Below are positions 60,680 to 64,000 of a stretch of 64,000 nucleotides of DNA, one piece after another (position 1 is the first letter of the stretch; every line of letters begins with the position of its first letter). The translations under genes and the position numbers were made by a program. The DNA lies in NCBI GenBank assembly GCA_965226555.1, contig CBDDDG010000001.1, positions 1 to 64,000 of the forward strand, in the 5' to 3' direction. The notes beneath the pieces were generated by a model. The model was not told the origin of the DNA. It did not search any database and saw only the letters and a program-made list of their open reading frames with translations. This DNA comes from Salinispira sp. (GTDB lineage Bacteria; Spirochaetota; Spirochaetia; DSM-27196; Salinispiraceae).

Positions 60680-62683
60680 GTGAATTTGCAGAATGATAAA
60701 TCAGAACAAGAAAAGATCACGACCTTGGACGATTATGCCAACTGGCTAAAACAATTTCAAACCGAACAATTGAAAGGAGATTATGTGTTCAGGGGGCTTG
60801 CTCGTTCAGATTATAAACTTGAATCCTCAGCTTACCGCCGATTGAAGCTGGAACTGGAGCTGGATGAGGGAGATTTTGTATTTCAAAAATTGTTGGAGTA
60901 TAATAAAAATTTGTTACAAGATGCCCGATTTGCGGGCCATGGTGTCCAAGATGGCAGGGAAATACCTGATTTGGAACTTCTTGCAGAGCTCCAGCATTAT
61001 GGAGCTGCAACCTGCTTTATCGATTTTACCTACAATGCTTATGTTGCTCTCTGGTTTGCCTGTAAGGATGAGGGAGATGAGGATGATGGCAAGGTTGTTG
61101 TGACACAAATCAAAACTGATAAGTTTCGTAAAGTTAAATCATTAAAGCAAGAGTTAAGTGCTTTTTTTCAGAACAAATCCCAGAACATCGGGGAGTATTC
61201 CTTGCCTCCCCAAAGAGACAATAAACCCATCTCTTATCACTGGACTCCGCCGGTCATGCAAAACAACCGCATACTTGCTCAGAATTCTGTATTTATCTTT
61301 GGTGCTGGTAGTATCAGCATTATTTCAACATGTATAATCGAAAAAGAAAGCAAATCTGAACTTCGGAGAAAACTCAAATCGATAATGGGCCTTACCGAGA
61401 ACAGCATCTTTCCAGATTTTGCAGGCTTTGCTCGGTCTAATGCACATGACGCACACTATGCCCATGATTTACTGCACTATTTTGCACGTGCTAGGAGATC
61501 GTACATGAGTGGACAATTAGATAATGCCATTGAACAGTACACTCAAGTAATAAACCTCAATCCTGATCATGCTGAGGCCTATTACAATCGCGGTTGTGCT
61601 TATGCTGATAAAGGCAAATATGACAAAGCCATTGAAGATTGTACTAGAGCAATAGAACTTGACCCCAACGTTGCTGGGTATTATAACACCCGTGGTAATT
61701 GTTATAATTATCAGGGTAAATATGACATGGCCATTGAAGATTACAGCAAGGCAATAGAATTTCAACCCAATTTTGCACCTGCCTATGGCAGTCGTGGAAA
61801 TGCTCATCTTGCCAAAGGTAAATACGATAAAGCCATTGAAGATTGTACTAGAGCAATAGAACTTGACCCCAACGTTGCTTGGTATTATAACACCCGTGGT
61901 AATTGTTATCAGGGTAAATATGACAAAGCCATTGAAGATTTCAGCAAGGTAATAGAACTTCAACCCAATTTTGCACCTGCCTATGGCAGTCGTGGAAATG
62001 TTTATTTGTTCACAGGTGAACGCGGTAAAGCCATTGAAGATTTTAGTAAGCAAATAAAATTAAGACCTCATGATGCAATGGCCTACTTTAATCGTGGTAA
62101 TGCTTATCTTATTACTCGTAAGTTAGAAGAATCCATTGCAGATTATACTAGAGCAATAGAACTTCGACCCAATTTTGCATCTGCCTACAGCAGTCGTGGA
62201 AATGCTCATTTTGTCAAAGGTGAACGCGGTAAAGCCATTGAAGATTACAGCAAGGCAATAGAGCTTGACCCCAACGTTGCTTGGTATTATAACGCCCGTG
62301 GTAATTGTTATAATTATCAGGGTAAATATGACATGGCTATTGAAGATTACAGCAGGGAAATAGAACTTCGACCCAATCTTGCATCTGCCTACAGCAGTCG
62401 TGGAAATGTTCATTTTGTCAAAGGAAAATATGACAAAGCCATTGAAGATTTTACAATGGCAATAGAACTTGATCACACTCTTACTAATATCTATTACAAC
62501 CGAGGAACCGCATATCTCATTCTGCAGCAATGGTCCGAAGCCCGTGCCGATCTACACACCACCAAAGAGAAGAACATAAATTTTTCCAAGGAGTTCCATG
62601 ACAATTTTGGAAGCATAACAGCGTTTGAGAAGCAATACGACGTAACCCTGCCAGCCGATATCAAAAAACTTCTCGAAGAGTAA
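60680..62683 (+). CDS. FRG-domain protein with C-terminal TPR array
   Basis: VFRG, LQHYGAATCFIDFT, ALWFAC, NNRILAQNSVF, IFPD; about 10 34-aa TPRs (AYxxRG..AIEDYxxAIELxP). Confidence 0.92.
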   Translation: MNLQNDKSEQEKITTLDDYANWLKQFQTEQLKGDYVFRGLARSDYKLESSAYRRLKLELELDEGDFVFQKLLEYNKNLLQDARFAGHGVQDGREIPDLELLAELQHYGAATCFIDFTYNAYVALWFACKDEGDEDDGKVVVTQIKTDKFRKVKSLKQELSAFFQNKSQNIGEYSLPPQRDNKPISYHWTPPVMQNNRILAQNSVFIFGAGSISIISTCIIEKESKSELRRKLKSIMGLTENSIFPDFAGFARSNAHDAHYAHDLLHYFARARRSYMSGQLDNAIEQYTQVINLNPDHAEAYYNRGCAYADKGKYDKAIEDCTRAIELDPNVAGYYNTRGNCYNYQGKYDMAIEDYSKAIEFQPNFAPAYGSRGNAHLAKGKYDKAIEDCTRAIELDPNVAWYYNTRGNCYQGKYDKAIEDFSKVIELQPNFAPAYGSRGNVYLFTGERGKAIEDFSKQIKLRPHDAMAYFNRGNAYLITRKLEESIADYTRAIELRPNFASAYSSRGNAHFVKGERGKAIEDYSKAIELDPNVAWYYNARGNCYNYQGKYDMAIEDYSREIELRPNLASAYSSRGNVHFVKGKYDKAIEDFTMAIELDHTLTNIYYNRGTAYLILQQWSEARADLHTTKEKNINFSKEFHDNFGSITAFEKQYDVTLPADIKKLLEE

Positions 62684-63610
62684 GTCGGAAAGTAGATTAT
62701 TTGTAGAAATTCCCCGACAAATTTTTTGAGCATAATGAGGGTGTTCAAAGATCATCTGTTTTTTATCCAAGTTGAGCGCTCTCGCAATAGTTTTTTGTAT
62801 TGCAGTCACAAAAGGTTCAGCATTTTCAGATATTAGCCCCCGTGCCTTGGCTTCAGAAAACAACTTGCCCACTTCACCCTTTCCGTTTTTTCCCTTCGTG
62901 CCAACAAGAATTTGCAGAAACCGCTGTACAGTACTATGGGCTTTGGTTATGGCTTCTGCGTACTTTTTTTCGCGGTAATCCTCAAACATTCGCGCTAAAT
63001 CATTACTAACATCTTTCCATTGAGGATTTGCGAGAATCTGAATCGTTGGAACGTAAACATCCTCTGTGATTCTGTCATCTTGCCGTGGCACAAAACCGTT
63101 TCGGGTTAGCATTTGATTTACCACAAATTGTTCAAAAATGTGATTGAGAATCTTTGCAAAAGTATCAAATGTTTCGTAGGCTTGGGCAATGTATTCCTGC
63201 TGTTTCCCTTCATCGTTTTCTTTAACTGCCAAATTATAATACTGCTCGTTGATAAGATTTTTTGCAAATTTGCTCAGCATAAGGAGAACCCAATCTTCCG
63301 ATTCATACATGAAGATATTTTCAAAGTCTCTTTCGGCTGCTGCCGCAGGACTATCATTAATACTCTCAGTATAATTGCGTAATTCCCCGCCGGGAGATAT
63401 CCGCATAAAATGGTGATTCAGATACTCTATAGTTTGAATAATATTATCATAATCTATAAAAAAATTTTTTGATAAATAGAAAAATATCTCTTCCTTTTCC
63501 TCCCGCTCAAGAGCACCCCAATTCCGTATGGGCAGCCTTGGCTGAATGCGTTCTTCAATTTCTGGATTCCCTTCTCCATATAACAAAAATTTAGGAATTT
63601 TTCTACTCAT
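62552..63610 (-). CDS. Hypothetical protein with a possibly truncated Abi_C-like C-terminus
   Basis: AITKAHSTVQRFLQ...GKLFSEAK resembles Abi_C/HEPN helices; the ORF tail overlaps the convergent FRG gene by 132 bp and is probably readthrough. Confidence 0.5.
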   Translation of the reverse strand: MSRKIPKFLLYGEGNPEIEERIQPRLPIRNWGALEREEKEEIFFYLSKNFFIDYDNIIQTIEYLNHHFMRISPGGELRNYTESINDSPAAAAERDFENIFMYESEDWVLLMLSKFAKNLINEQYYNLAVKENDEGKQQEYIAQAYETFDTFAKILNHIFEQFVVNQMLTRNGFVPRQDDRITEDVYVPTIQILANPQWKDVSNDLARMFEDYREKKYAEAITKAHSTVQRFLQILVGTKGKNGKGEVGKLFSEAKARGLISENAEPFVTAIQKTIARALNLDKKQMIFEHPHYAQKICRGISTNNLLSDLLFEKFFDIGWQGYVVLLLKRCYASKIVMELLGKIYVLLFGGV

Positions 63611-63677
63611 ACCAACCCCCGCCCACACTCATCCAATATTTCGGTATTCTATTCATACATAAAATATAACATATCTT

Positions 63678-63929
63678 TGCTACGACATTCTCTCCATATA
63701 CATCATTGCCGAAATGACCCCTCCGGCAGAGATCAGTTCCTCGTCACTGAAATTCTCAATGTTGACCTGATAATAGGGGGATATTGGAATACCCGAGTCA
63801 AAATATGATTGAAAATCTATTGTGCGGGGGTCAGGATCCATCATGTGCATGCCAGATTGCGCGTTTATCACAATCGTGATTATTCGGTAGTCGTTTTTAT
63901 CATCCTTCAATCGGGGAAGGCGTTCGTAT
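63678..63929 (-). pseudogene. Inverted near-identical copy of rpn segment 34321-34572
   Basis: 252-bp match encoding KDDKNDYRIITIVINAQSG...SAMMYMERMS; bounded by a MITE end GCAAAACTTTC at 63930-63940. Confidence 0.88.
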
Positions 63930-64000
63930 GCAAAACTTTCTTATGGTTAAATTCACACTGGCGTCAAAAAGGACTTGAAATTATTCAATTATAGTATGAT

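Noticed and set aside
34321..63929. Diversity-generating retroelement TR/VR pair
   Set aside because: No reverse transcriptase in the window and the few differences are not adenine-specific.

Overview
Bacterial chromosomal window, probably from a spirochaete (inferred from the divergent gyrB/dnaA pair, tRNA-Arg(GCG) and a Ser/Arg tRNA-ffs-dnaX-ybaB-recR cluster). Housekeeping blocks (gyrB, dnaA, cysK, trxA, cobUTSC, htpG, nudC, recR, dnaX, coaX, peptide ABC parts, 4 tRNAs, SRP RNA) alternate with heavily eroded defence and mobile regions. (1) 11.7-21.8 kb: AbiF-family toxin with an upstream hairpin RNA, an uncharacterised HNH-membrane plus coiled-coil gene pair, GmrSD, and a decayed AlwI-like R-M system. 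(2) 27.8-34.6 kb: three Rpn-family genes, two with intragenic antitoxin starts. (3) 38.8-43.9 kb: Fic genes and ISs in and next to a tRNA cluster. (4) 50.6-64 kb: PLD-SNF2 helicase, IS-split type IIG enzyme and FRG-TPR protein. Six IS copies have readable ends and target duplications. Most notable: a eukaryote-like sterol reductase overlapping the dnaA stop where dnaN normally lies; a modular family of very short palindromic MITEs with 5-bp target duplications and ends matching a resident IS5 element; the abiF hairpin RNA; and the unknown two-gene membrane/nuclease module. All calls come from reading motifs by eye; no database search was run.
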